From: a virus
Lineage: Duplodnaviria; Caudoviricetes
DNA: 64,000 bases
IMG/VR virus record: IMGVR_UViG_3300035208_005087
Coordinates: 1 to 64,000 of that record
Direction: 5' to 3' (one strand)
The translations under genes were made by a program, and so were the position numbers. Below the pieces are notes generated by a model. It was given only the letters and a program-made list of their open reading frames with translations, was not told the origin of the DNA and ran no database searches. Numbering within the stretch: the first letter of the stretch is position 1; each line of letters starts with the position of its first letter. Below are positions 8,783-18,533 of this stretch, piece after piece.

Positions 8783-8939
8783 CCCCTTTTTCCTTTTTAA
8801 CTTTGTGTTCTTTAAACTTACAGAGATTTCTTTTTAGTCTCATTAACTCTCTGGTATTTGCCAACCTCTCTGGTCCTGCATCAGTTTTAAGGGATTCCCT
8901 TAAAACTGATAAACGGTTTAGGGTCTCCTGGTAATTCAT
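8769..8939 (-). CDS. Small basic hypothetical protein (56 aa, MNYQETLNRL...KGDGEY)
   Basis: Below the track cut-off; ATGA overlap with the upstream sigma-like gene; fills the gap and overlaps the next start. Confidence 0.55.
   Translation of the reverse strand: MNYQETLNRLSVLRESLKTDAGPERLANTRELMRLKRNLCKFKEHKVKKEKGDGEY
8880..8910. repeat. 31-bp palindrome (15-bp perfect arms, 1-nt centre)
   Basis: ATCAGTTTTAAGGGA-T-TCCCTTAAAACTGAT. Confidence 0.9.
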
Positions 8940-9631
8940 AGGGGGGAAACTTCTGAGGGGTGGTAGCCAACGGATTCTTTAAATCGTTGAAAACGTGTAC
9001 GGAGTGAGCCCTTCACCTGGGTTAAGTAGGCAGAGGTTACTTGGCTTATCTCTGCTATAGTGGAGGTTTGGACACCTTGTGCTGATAGTTGTATGAATCT
9101 TAGATATAAGTCCCTGGTGTTATCGGATAGTGCCGTATCGTGCTTTATCTCTAGTTCAAAGTCTTGAAGTCTCTTGAAGAATGTATCTTCTTCGTCTCCT
9201 ATGAAGCAGGATGACTCGAAAGCTGCAGACACTGTGAAATGTGACATCTCCAACGAGACTCCTGTCCTTTTCTTTGTGGGTAACTTGTCCACTCCTATAT
9301 ACATAACTTCAAACACATCCTCCATCCCCGATATATCACAACCTACCTCAGAAATACGCTCCCCCTTCTTGTGCCTTTTTTCTGCCCTACAGGCGCTGTA
9401 GAGGGTGTGCTTTAGAGCGGTGTACACATATGACGAAAAACTTTTCTTTGTGTCAGGAAGAGACCAATCAAAAGATTCTAGCAAACCTTTCCGCAAAGCA
9501 GCCAGATAAAATGTCTGAGCGTGGTCACAAATGATGTCATAGTCGCTTGTTCTTAGAAGGTACGCCAGTATTTTATGCACTTCCTTTTCATTAAATTTCA
9601 CAAACTCGGTCATAGTTTTACAAGGGGTCAT
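8936..9631 (-). CDS. Phage sigma-70/ECF-like factor
   Basis: Region-2-like DHAQTFYL...SFSSYVYTALKH and C-terminal region-4-like HTH TSTIAEISQVTSAYLTQ. Confidence 0.65.
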   Translation of the reverse strand: MTPCKTMTEFVKFNEKEVHKILAYLLRTSDYDIICDHAQTFYLAALRKGLLESFDWSLPDTKKSFSSYVYTALKHTLYSACRAEKRHKKGERISEVGCDISGMEDVFEVMYIGVDKLPTKKRTGVSLEMSHFTVSAAFESSCFIGDEEDTFFKRLQDFELEIKHDTALSDNTRDLYLRFIQLSAQGVQTSTIAEISQVTSAYLTQVKGSLRTRFQRFKESVGYHPSEVSPL

Positions 9632-9655
9632 AAAAATATCCTTTTTTAAATGTGT

Positions 9656-12169
9656 TTAAATTGTGTAATTAAATGCCAAGGCCAGGAACCCGTCTATAGA
9701 GTATTTCTTGTTAGTAGTGTGTATGATTTTTTTATCACGAGATAGCCTGATACGCTTTCTCGGGCCTGTACACATACTATCGATGCCGTCTAAAACGGCC
9801 CAAATTGCATCTGCGTGAGCCTTAGCTAACGTGTCTGTTTTGGAAACCTCAAAGGTAAAAAACTCAGAAGAACTATTCACTAGATCTACTTTTTCGGAAG
9901 ACTCCCCAGTAGCTGAGGTTTCTTTCTCAATTTTCTTTAAACTTGAATTTTGGTTTGACATTGGATCATAAGATAGATTTTCTTCTTCATTTTGCGGAGA
10001 ACTTTTTTCACTTTTTTCTATCAACAAAGGTAACACCTGTTGATAGATTTCATCAGCCTTCTCTATCCCCTTTTCGATAATCATATCAGTGATCTCTTTG
10101 TACTGCTCGGGGGAGAGCCCTAGCCTTACAGATGTAGGCATATTATATTTGTGAATATCCTCAAAGTAATTGTTGGGAACCATAAAGGAATCGCCATACT
10201 CGGCGTCTACCTCGAGAGGTACCTTCCACCCTATCTTATTCGTAAGATCTCTAATCTTCATTACATTTGCGACTGCAGGTATGAGCGTGTCTAACATAGA
10301 TGTACGCATCTCAAACACTAACTCATCATGGACTGGCAGTAACATCCGCAAATCCTCGCTGAGGTTATTGTTTCTTATGTATTGCCACGTCCTGACCATG
10401 GCCAGTTTGATAATGTCGGCGCCGGTGCCTTGTATAGCAGCATTACATGCCAGACGGTCCGCCTTGGCCATTAAGCCCCTATCGCCTGAATTATATAGAT
10501 CCATTAGGGGTCTTCGTCTACCAAAAGCGGTCAACGAATACCCTCTCCTTCTAGCCCTGATCTTTTCTGTCTTTAACCAGTCGTTTAACTTTGGTAGGGC
10601 GTTAAAGAAATTGGCTAGTCTTTCCTTTGCGTCTGAGATGGATATACCCGCACTAACCGCTAACTTGCCGGCGCCCCCACCATACAAAATAAGAAAGTTA
10701 ATAGTCTTACCTATACCCCGAAGCTCTTTGTTCTTAGGTAGGGCCATTTCCTCTGGGGTACTGCCGAAAAGAAGTGCAGCGGTAATCGAATGCAAATCAC
10801 CCGTGCCCTCGTTGAACTCCGTTATCCATGTCTCTTCCTTAGAGAAATTCGTGGCTATACGTAGCTCCTCACCAGAGTAGTCAATAGCAACTATTGAAAA
10901 CCCCTCCCTAGCCACGATGCCCTTACGCAATTGCCAAGGATCCCCTTTCTTCACCCTAGGGAGGTTCTGACAGTTCACCCCCGAGTAGCCGTCAACGTCT
11001 AAACCCTTACCCCCAGACCCAGAGAAACGACCCGAGTCAGCAGCGGTCTGATTCAACTGAAATTTAACGCAGGAGTTGTCATCTATATTTTTCAGGAGGT
11101 TATCTAGGTATGTCCCCTTTATCTTATCCATTTCCCGGTACTCTTGGATAAGCCTAGGTAGGGGGTGCTTTTTTGCTATAGCCTCAAAAATTTCGTCGTT
11201 AACCAAAAAGTCCCCATTCTTGGCCATTTCTTTTACCGGGTAGGGTATCTTCAGTTTACGGAATAACATATCCCCTAGTTGCTTATTACTAGTGTAGTTA
11301 AACACCTGACCTGCAGATGCATAAATCTCATCTTCTAACGTTTTTGTCCGGGTCTCTATTTTTGTCACCAGACCCAAGTAATGAGCGGGGTTAACTTTCA
11401 CCAAGTTTCTTTCCATCTCAAGAACAGGCATTAGGCAAGCGTGTTCCAGATTGTAAATAAAGAATGTCCCGTTATTTTTGCCTGGGTCCATTTTTTGAAG
11501 AAGGGCCTGTTGATAGTGATAAAGCTCTAAAGTGCACACCGCATCAGAAGCTGCATAGAAAACAGCCACTTTGGGGTGTATAGTACGGAAATCTATATGT
11601 TTTCTCCCAGGCACGATATCTTTTAGTTCTATCATTTCTTTACCGAGGAAATCTTTTGTAAGACTTTTAAGCCCTTTTGTTTTCCTGTCCGCCCACAACA
11701 CCGCAGCACCTAAGATGGTGTCCCTGTACATACTTGGGTCTTCTATGATGATACCATAGTTCCGTAGCACCTCTAAATCATATTTGGCATTATGGTAAAT
11801 AGTCAAACAGGATGATACAAGCCTCTTCATCCTGGCCACTACGGCATTCACAGGCAAATTTCTACCTTCAAAATGCCCTACGGGGATGTATATCCCATAA
11901 TCTATCTGGTAAGCTAAACAGATACCAGCTAGTTCTGCTGTACCCTCTTTCGAGGCCCTTCGCCCCTTTGGCCCTGTGTTCAGGCTACTAGTCTCTGTAT
12001 CCACCGCACATATACCGGCTTCACAAGCCTCATCTATAAATGCATCCAGTTTTTCCAGCGTGTCCACTAAGACCAGCTTTTTAAACTGCATCCAAGGACG
12101 TAATTCTACGAGGGATTGTACACTTTCTGAACTTACGGTTTCATCTAAAAATTGTTGGGTCAGGGCCAT
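9656..12169 (-). CDS. polA: Family A DNA polymerase with 3'-5' exonuclease
   Basis: AVDTET, HNAKYD, YAASD exonuclease motifs; motif A DYSGEELR, motif B KTINFLILYG, motif C PVHDEL. Confidence 0.95.
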   Translation of the reverse strand: MALTQQFLDETVSSESVQSLVELRPWMQFKKLVLVDTLEKLDAFIDEACEAGICAVDTETSSLNTGPKGRRASKEGTAELAGICLAYQIDYGIYIPVGHFEGRNLPVNAVVARMKRLVSSCLTIYHNAKYDLEVLRNYGIIIEDPSMYRDTILGAAVLWADRKTKGLKSLTKDFLGKEMIELKDIVPGRKHIDFRTIHPKVAVFYAASDAVCTLELYHYQQALLQKMDPGKNNGTFFIYNLEHACLMPVLEMERNLVKVNPAHYLGLVTKIETRTKTLEDEIYASAGQVFNYTSNKQLGDMLFRKLKIPYPVKEMAKNGDFLVNDEIFEAIAKKHPLPRLIQEYREMDKIKGTYLDNLLKNIDDNSCVKFQLNQTAADSGRFSGSGGKGLDVDGYSGVNCQNLPRVKKGDPWQLRKGIVAREGFSIVAIDYSGEELRIATNFSKEETWITEFNEGTGDLHSITAALLFGSTPEEMALPKNKELRGIGKTINFLILYGGGAGKLAVSAGISISDAKERLANFFNALPKLNDWLKTEKIRARRRGYSLTAFGRRRPLMDLYNSGDRGLMAKADRLACNAAIQGTGADIIKLAMVRTWQYIRNNNLSEDLRMLLPVHDELVFEMRTSMLDTLIPAVANVMKIRDLTNKIGWKVPLEVDAEYGDSFMVPNNYFEDIHKYNMPTSVRLGLSPEQYKEITDMIIEKGIEKADEIYQQVLPLLIEKSEKSSPQNEEENLSYDPMSNQNSSLKKIEKETSATGESSEKVDLVNSSSEFFTFEVSKTDTLAKAHADAIWAVLDGIDSMCTGPRKRIRLSRDKKIIHTTNKKYSIDGFLALAFNYTI

Positions 12170-12182
12170 GATCTCTTCCTTT

Positions 12183-12725
12183 TTATTTTAATATATGATT
12201 TAATCTTTTTGCTAGTGGCGTCGTGATCTTTGCAAACTGCGCTGGGTCCTCTATATGCCTAGCTGAGGATAGTATATACAACAACTTCGCTGCTACCTCA
12301 GGGTCTTCAATGGGAAGGACCGCCTTAACTCTTTGTTCCAGTACATATAGTGCCATTTTTCTTTTATCTAACTTATGCCCTTCCTGTCCAGATAGGGAAA
12401 GTTTAGATGCTCCTTGTATATCCTGGATACTGGAGAAGTCCAAATGGTACATAGCGGACAGTTGCCTTGCCGCCTCCATGAACCTCACACTCTGGGACTC
12501 CATCCAAAAGGATAAGGGGTCCCATGCTTTCTTACAGGTGAAACAATACATAGTATTGGTTTGAGGGTAATGCCTAGCACTTTTCTTCACATCCTTCCCA
12601 TGAAAAGGACAACTAATCTGCTCTTCATATTGATTCTGAGATATTTCTGTCCCATGATCCAATAACAGATCGAATAAGGACACCTCTTCCATAATGAATT
12701 TCTTTATCGCCCTAGGGTCTTTCAT
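12183..12725 (-). CDS. Stand-alone CHC2 zinc-finger (primase Zn-binding domain) protein
   Basis: CPFH...YCFTC; 180 aa, no TOPRIM domain. Confidence 0.85.
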   Translation of the reverse strand: MKDPRAIKKFIMEEVSLFDLLLDHGTEISQNQYEEQISCPFHGKDVKKSARHYPQTNTMYCFTCKKAWDPLSFWMESQSVRFMEAARQLSAMYHLDFSSIQDIQGASKLSLSGQEGHKLDKRKMALYVLEQRVKAVLPIEDPEVAAKLLYILSSARHIEDPAQFAKITTPLAKRLNHILK

Positions 12726-12727
12726 TC

Positions 12728-14224
12728 TTAGTCTTCCTCTAGGGTCAGGTCTATGCTCTTAGTCTCTAGAAGGAGATCACTGTTAGACACCTCCACCTTA
12801 GAATATATCCTTTTATTTGCAAGGTTGGCACTAGCCTCAAAAGGGTGGAACAATGTGTTACGACGAGCTTTCAAATGGCAAATCTTAAAAATACCCGATT
12901 TCCGCATGAGGTCATCCATAAACAAGGTGATGACCACATCCCCCGACTTTTCAATTTCCGAAGAGTCCGATAAATCGGATAGGAGATACATGCCACCGTT
13001 TGATAGAGCTCTTACGTAGCCTTCTCGTTTGATCTGATGAGGTGATACACCCCTAAGACCCTGGCCATTATTGAAAGTTAAAAACAACCTTTTTATGCCC
13101 AGTATCTTGTTGTTGAGGTCCTCTCGTTCCCCTTGGGACCTGCCGGGCACGCCTAATAGTCGAAGATAATCTATCGCTATGAACTCTAACTTCCTCCCCT
13201 TTGTCTTCAGGTCGGAGTTAATCTCTAAGCACTTGATGTTTATGTCGTCTACCGTAAAAGTGGAGTTTTCCGGTTGTACGATGTGTAACCTCCCGTAGTC
13301 CTCGTTAGCTTCTAGGTCATCTAATGCTGCATAGTAAAACCTTTTTAGCTCTGGGGTTAATTTCCCTTCCCGTATATCATTATACTCTATTTTCCCTATA
13401 TACCTCTCGAATTCAGTACCTTGCCATACACTATAGTTAGAGGTGTGCAGACAATAAACCATGTCTTGCATTTCTTCTAAGCTCATCTCCAGTGTAAACA
13501 GCGCTGAATCCCAACCGCTGTAAATGGCATTGTATACCACATTCAAACTAAAAGTCGTCTTACCCTGGGCCGTGTACGCCCCTACTATCATAAGTTCTGT
13601 AGGCTTTAGGCCACCTAAAACCTCATCAATCTTTTGTAGCCCTGTATACACTCCTAACGCATCCAGTTGATTTTCTTCCCTATGCTGGTACCGGTCTTTT
13701 GTGCTCTGCACTTCTTTTTGGTCCAAAACTTGGGCCTCTGTTTTAAAGTCTTGGTTCTGAGACCTTATCTCCTTGGACTTCATTGCAAAATAGTCCAGAG
13801 CAGCCTCCACTCCCTTCATATGAGCTTTTCCGACTTTTCTACCCACCTGGGCTATCTCGTTGGCTTCAGATAACGAATCTCTCAACGCCTCTAGATCCTG
13901 CGCTGCTTTCACCTCTCTCAGGACATCCTTATAGTTCCCCCCTATGAAAGGCTTCTCTTTTTTGATTTCATCAAGGGCGACTATTACTCCCTCACACCCC
14001 GTCTCGTTCATGAAGTGATCAACTAACCGGGAATGTGCCGGCATCTCGATATATCTCTTGAAGTGGTCTAGGATCTTGTAGTATAGCTTTTTGTAGGATT
14101 CCATCTCACAGGAAATTCGGGACTTCTGAAAGGCCCGAAAATTTTCTAAGAGCTCTTCTTTGTCTATGGACATTCTCCCGTCTTTAGGGATATCTATGAT
14201 GGATCTAAAAACTTTTTCTAGCAC
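12728..14224 (-). CDS. dnaB: Replicative DnaB-like helicase
   Basis: TGLQKID, Walker A GAYTAQGKTT, FTLEMS, Walker B IAIDYL, SSEIEKSGD, LKARR. Confidence 0.9.
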   Translation of the reverse strand: MLEKVFRSIIDIPKDGRMSIDKEELLENFRAFQKSRISCEMESYKKLYYKILDHFKRYIEMPAHSRLVDHFMNETGCEGVIVALDEIKKEKPFIGGNYKDVLREVKAAQDLEALRDSLSEANEIAQVGRKVGKAHMKGVEAALDYFAMKSKEIRSQNQDFKTEAQVLDQKEVQSTKDRYQHREENQLDALGVYTGLQKIDEVLGGLKPTELMIVGAYTAQGKTTFSLNVVYNAIYSGWDSALFTLEMSLEEMQDMVYCLHTSNYSVWQGTEFERYIGKIEYNDIREGKLTPELKRFYYAALDDLEANEDYGRLHIVQPENSTFTVDDINIKCLEINSDLKTKGRKLEFIAIDYLRLLGVPGRSQGEREDLNNKILGIKRLFLTFNNGQGLRGVSPHQIKREGYVRALSNGGMYLLSDLSDSSEIEKSGDVVITLFMDDLMRKSGIFKICHLKARRNTLFHPFEASANLANKRIYSKVEVSNSDLLLETKSIDLTLEED

Positions 14225-14934
14225 AAATCACTCCCTTTCGCTGGCGCCGCCACTGGTTTCACAGAGCTAACAGCCTTACCCTTAACCGTTAAGTCTACAT
14301 ATGTCCATGCCCCTATAATCTTCGCTAACCCCTCCGAGTATTCTGTCCGAGCCTGGAAGTCATCAGGAGTGTACACCCAGGTACCCTTCCCCGCCAGTTC
14401 TCTACTCTGGACTATCTGTAACACAGTATTCGATAAGGCCTTATTGGAGACACTTGTGACACATAAAATTACTAACAAGTCTCGTCCATTAATGAGGTCG
14501 TTTAGCGTTCTAGACGCCCCGTCTGTCTGCTCTACATAATAATTTTGTAGTAGCTCTAAGCCGTTCGCTATGTGGAAAACCAAAGAAGGGTTTTTTCTGT
14601 GATGGACGAACACTGCCTTACATATATTCATAAAGGTTTTTGAAGGCCCAGTGAACCAAAGATTCTTTTCATATGAATACTTCTTGGCAAAACCCTCGGC
14701 CACCTTGTCCGCTATCTGTGTTGTTGTTTTTGGGTTAAAGTAAGAGGAACTATTCTCCACTAACTCATTAACCCGGCAAATGCATATCCTTGCCTGTGTA
14801 AAACCTATTTTTCTATTAGGGTTTTTAGTAGGGATGTTATTCTCCCCTTTGACTAAAATAGTACCCCTGCCCTTACATATGGGGCACTTTTGTACCGTGT
14901 CATTTTTATCTATGTCTGCTTGAGTAAGTTGCAC
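14218..14934 (-). CDS. Putative helicase loader (DnaC/DnaI-like) with zinc motif and degenerate P-loop
   Basis: CPICKGRG...CICR N-terminal zinc motif; NLWFTGPSKT at the Walker A position; immediately upstream of dnaB. Confidence 0.55.
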   Translation of the reverse strand: MQLTQADIDKNDTVQKCPICKGRGTILVKGENNIPTKNPNRKIGFTQARICICRVNELVENSSSYFNPKTTTQIADKVAEGFAKKYSYEKNLWFTGPSKTFMNICKAVFVHHRKNPSLVFHIANGLELLQNYYVEQTDGASRTLNDLINGRDLLVILCVTSVSNKALSNTVLQIVQSRELAGKGTWVYTPDDFQARTEYSEGLAKIIGAWTYVDLTVKGKAVSSVKPVAAPAKGSDLC

Positions 14935-14995
14935 AGGGATACCTCCGTTTCAGTAGTTACTACTCGAAGTCCATTTTTTAAAGCCACTTTTTTGT

Positions 14996-16756
14996 CTACA
15001 AATTAAAGACTTCTTCAAACAGTATATCGACTTCACTTCGGAGGTCTTCTTTCACTATCTGAGGTTTGTTGCTGTCCTTATCCCCGAACTCTAGGATACC
15101 CTGCGCTTGCTTACCCACAGCCTTGTTTATCAATGCCTTTTTGCCCTCAAGCACCACCAAGACTCTTTCGTCTATCGTGTCCTTGGAGATCATATGGTAC
15201 ACCCTCACAGTGGCGTGCTCGCTATTTAATCGTCGGGCTCTCCCTATAACCTGTACCAGATCCCCCCATGTCCAAGGTGTATCGTACAATACCAAGATAC
15301 CAGAAACCTGTAGGTTAATTGCAGCTGATCCGGCATCTGTAATAAAGATAATATCGACCCCACTTTCCTTATCCTGAAACACCCGCATAGCCTCGGTCCG
15401 CTCCTTATCGTTCTCGGACCCCGTGACTCTAGTGCATCTAACCCCTAACCTTTTACAAATAGCCTCTAATCTAGGTATCCCTGATTTAAAGCGAGAATAC
15501 ACAATAACCTTCTGCCCAGAAAGATCTCCCTCCATCATCTCTTCAAAGGTGTCTTCTTTTGCTGAAGAACCTGCCTCATCCGCGCCCAACCACTGGGGGC
15601 CGTTGGCCACCAACTGACAAAAAGCCAATGATGCATTTTTATTATTTTTTAAAAAGGTACCCTTCAGTATCTCTTGGTATTTCTCATCTAAGCTCCCATA
15701 AGTACTAAGGAGCTTTTGGGGGGCTTCTTTCCCTTCCAGTTCTAATTGCTCAACAGCCTCTTTAGCCTCGAAGTATTTCTGCTTGACTCTTTTTTGGTAC
15801 ACTAATCCCGCCACTGTTTGTCTATACAGAGTCTTCTGCGCAGGGCTCATTTCAAAAATAACCCTCTTGGAAATAATTGAGGGTAACTCCCCTCCTACCT
15901 CATCGGCGGATCTTCTGAAAAAATAGGGAGAAATTACCGCGCTGAATTCCTCTAGATTTTTATACCCCACTACCTCTTTTACTTTTCTAGTCCCACCTCT
16001 TATAGTAAGGTCCTTAAGAACTTCTATACAAAACTGTTCTTTAAAGTGGGTGATCTTGGGCATTAGTTTAGGCATCACGATTCTGTATATGTAATAGAAC
16101 TCTGTCAGCCTATTTTTAATAGGGGTAGCTGTTAGCCCGTAAATGTTTGTGGCATTCTCGATAAACAGCTCTGCCCCTACATGTGTCTTAGATTTTTGGT
16201 TTTTCAACATTTGACACTCATCGAACACCACTTGTAGATCCTCTCCACGAGAGGATCTTAAAAGCCTTGGTTCTGTTTTTAAAGGATAATACCCTGAAAC
16301 AATTATATCTGTGTCTTTGTGATCTTCGTACTGGGCTTTTCTAGCCTCTAGGCCGGTTAAGGTTTTGCCCCCGGATTTGGGTTTATAAGACATAGTTAAT
16401 ACGTGGCAGGTTACTCCTTGTAGGAACTTTTCTACTTCTGAAGCCCACTGGTTCTTAGCCGACTTGATTGTGAATACAATCATCTGCAGCTTGGGGTTGT
16501 ACTGTTTAGCTATGGCATAAGCAACCAATGCCTGTACCGTTTTACCTAACCCTGGATCATCCCCTAGAATAAAATACTTCAGTAGTAAAAAGTTTAAAGC
16601 CCCCACTGTCTGGTAAGGGCGAAGTACTGTTGTTTCTTTTACGAAAGGGGAAGGTTTTAATGTGACTTCTTTGGATTTTCGTATTTTTTCTATATCTTGT
16701 AAATTAGTGGGTTTTGGATAAACATGTTTCTTTACGGCCATTTGCATATACCTCAA
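14996..16756 (-). CDS. SNF2-family helicase
   Basis: LRPYQ, DDPGLGKT, DECQ, LTATP, QVIGRARR. Confidence 0.92.
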   Translation of the reverse strand: MRYMQMAVKKHVYPKPTNLQDIEKIRKSKEVTLKPSPFVKETTVLRPYQTVGALNFLLLKYFILGDDPGLGKTVQALVAYAIAKQYNPKLQMIVFTIKSAKNQWASEVEKFLQGVTCHVLTMSYKPKSGGKTLTGLEARKAQYEDHKDTDIIVSGYYPLKTEPRLLRSSRGEDLQVVFDECQMLKNQKSKTHVGAELFIENATNIYGLTATPIKNRLTEFYYIYRIVMPKLMPKITHFKEQFCIEVLKDLTIRGGTRKVKEVVGYKNLEEFSAVISPYFFRRSADEVGGELPSIISKRVIFEMSPAQKTLYRQTVAGLVYQKRVKQKYFEAKEAVEQLELEGKEAPQKLLSTYGSLDEKYQEILKGTFLKNNKNASLAFCQLVANGPQWLGADEAGSSAKEDTFEEMMEGDLSGQKVIVYSRFKSGIPRLEAICKRLGVRCTRVTGSENDKERTEAMRVFQDKESGVDIIFITDAGSAAINLQVSGILVLYDTPWTWGDLVQVIGRARRLNSEHATVRVYHMISKDTIDERVLVVLEGKKALINKAVGKQAQGILEFGDKDSNKPQIVKEDLRSEVDILFEEVFNL

Positions 16757-16784
16757 AAATGAATAGGGGGGCTTCGATGCCCCC
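16755..16784 (-). terminator. Possible terminator hairpin between the structural and replication blocks
   Basis: GGGGGC-N6-GCCCCC stem (16767-16784) followed on the minus strand by CTATTCATTTTT. Confidence 0.4.
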
Positions 16785-16825
16785 GATAGTCTACAGTACC
16801 ATTGTTACTCTAGAAAATTAAGTGC

Positions 16826-17716
16826 TTAATTTCTGTTTAGATGCCTCATCACCACATTGTGGACAGATGCGTTTTTCCCAAAGGTACTTTTTGCTTTTGT
16901 AGAGACTTCCGATAGTATCCTGTTCGTCTCTGACAAGGCCTTATTGGTTTCCCGTAGCTTTCCCTCTTCCAAGTTAGAAAACCTTTTGTTCTTATCTTCC
17001 TCGGGTTCTTCTTTAGGGTTAAACACAGATTCCTGCTTAGGACCCTCTGGAGCCTTTTTTAACATATCCTCTACCCTTCTAGTGGCCCCAAGGTCTTTAA
17101 GCCCTGCGGGGCTTCTTAGATCTCCCGCCGGACCCAAATACCGTAGAGTTTTTAACTCACCGAATTCCGCCCCGTAAGACCCCGTGAAGTTTACACTCCC
17201 TGTGGATTTTAAATGGCTTACTATGGTGCCAACTTTCCCGGACTCTTCTACCCCGTCTTTATCCCCTACATCTACAAAGGACAACTTTCCGTCCCTAGCT
17301 AACTCTTTAAAATCGCGGAGTTCTCCCATATCAGAGAAAGGGTAGCTCGGGAAGTTCTTTACATATTCTGGGTTTAGTGTTGTACCGTCTGGCAGGGGTA
17401 GCCCGCCTCCTTTGGGGGTTAGAAATACTGCTGTGCCCGCTTTTCTCGTAACGCTGTTGATCTGTACCTGCATAAGGCACACATTACCGCTAACTGAAAA
17501 GCGCCAAAGCACGCTGGACCACTGCATGTTATCACCCTTACCATTAAAAGAGCGCTTCCTTAGTTCATCCGAGTTCGTCTCGAAATTGTCCTGATAATAA
17601 TCCCAGGAGACTTCGTTTTTACCTTCCCCGTGCTTTATTGTCTTATAGAGGACTACAAAGGTGTCGTCCCCATCTGTTGCCTTAGGCATCGTCTCTATAG
17701 CTGTATTATCGTTCAT
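16826..17716 (-). CDS. Hypothetical protein
   Basis: 296-aa ORF in an operon; ends KNASVHNVVMRHLNRN. Confidence 0.7.
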   Translation of the reverse strand: MNDNTAIETMPKATDGDDTFVVLYKTIKHGEGKNEVSWDYYQDNFETNSDELRKRSFNGKGDNMQWSSVLWRFSVSGNVCLMQVQINSVTRKAGTAVFLTPKGGGLPLPDGTTLNPEYVKNFPSYPFSDMGELRDFKELARDGKLSFVDVGDKDGVEESGKVGTIVSHLKSTGSVNFTGSYGAEFGELKTLRYLGPAGDLRSPAGLKDLGATRRVEDMLKKAPEGPKQESVFNPKEEPEEDKNKRFSNLEEGKLRETNKALSETNRILSEVSTKAKSTFGKNASVHNVVMRHLNRN

Positions 17717-18533
17717 AGGAAGGCTCTCCCCCTTTTAGTATCGTTGAAAACACATTTAACCCTTTGTCATCTAAATCCACACCGTACGATTCTTTAACCT
17801 TTTCACGAAGACCTGCTTCTAGTTCGTTAATCTGCTCATGCCTCTTAACGGTTATTCTTGCAGCCCTTTTAAAAATCACAGAAAGGTACTCTTCAATTTC
17901 CGACCGAATGGAGGCTATGGCGTCCTCTACCTCATTAAAGGGTACCGCCATCTTCTCTTGTGGATACAGTTCTCGTAGGAAGTCTACCATCTTAGTAACT
18001 AACCAGAAGTTCTTTTCTGTCATATACACAGACATTTCCTTTTCATCATACTGAGAAAAATGATTGCGGAGGAATAAAACACGGATGTTGCTCTTTACGT
18101 CCTCTTTCATGAGCTCAACAAGACTTTTAAAAAAGAGATACTCTTTGGCTGCCTCTGAACTCAAGGGGGCGCCTTTTTCTATTTCGGACCTCTTCGCCCT
18201 GTATGCTTCCAGTATGGAGTTCTTTATGAATATTAGGCGTTCCTCCAGATATGTCATTTGATCGTGTAGTATCAATTTGGTCTTTATCTGGGTCATCATG
18301 GCCACTGTTTCCAGGGTCAGGAAAAAGATACCTGTCGAAACGTTTTGCACGTAAGAGGCATCTTTGTCAGTATCTTTAGAGTAGGATAACTGCCCTTTTG
18401 GTAAACTAAAGCTGATCTTCTTGTTGCTCATTATTTTCCCAAACATGTACACTAGGCCTATGAGCCCCACAAAAACTTGTGCTGTGTATATTTGTATTTG
18501 GGGAAAGGTCAACCCTTCTAAAAAACTAGACAT
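17706..18533 (-). CDS. Hypothetical protein with N-terminal transmembrane helix
   Basis: AQVFVGLIGLVYMFG hydrophobic segment followed by a helical domain. Confidence 0.7.
   Translation of the reverse strand: MSSFLEGLTFPQIQIYTAQVFVGLIGLVYMFGKIMSNKKISFSLPKGQLSYSKDTDKDASYVQNVSTGIFFLTLETVAMMTQIKTKLILHDQMTYLEERLIFIKNSILEAYRAKRSEIEKGAPLSSEAAKEYLFFKSLVELMKEDVKSNIRVLFLRNHFSQYDEKEMSVYMTEKNFWLVTKMVDFLRELYPQEKMAVPFNEVEDAIASIRSEIEEYLSVIFKRAARITVKRHEQINELEAGLREKVKESYGVDLDDKGLNVFSTILKGGEPSYER

Noticed and set aside
9656-16756. Inteins or introns in PolA, DnaB or SNF2
   Set aside because: Motif spacing is normal, with no intein splice-junction or LAGLIDADG signatures noticed.
17706-18533. Holin call
   Set aside because: A single N-terminal transmembrane helix is insufficient, and there is no adjacent endolysin.
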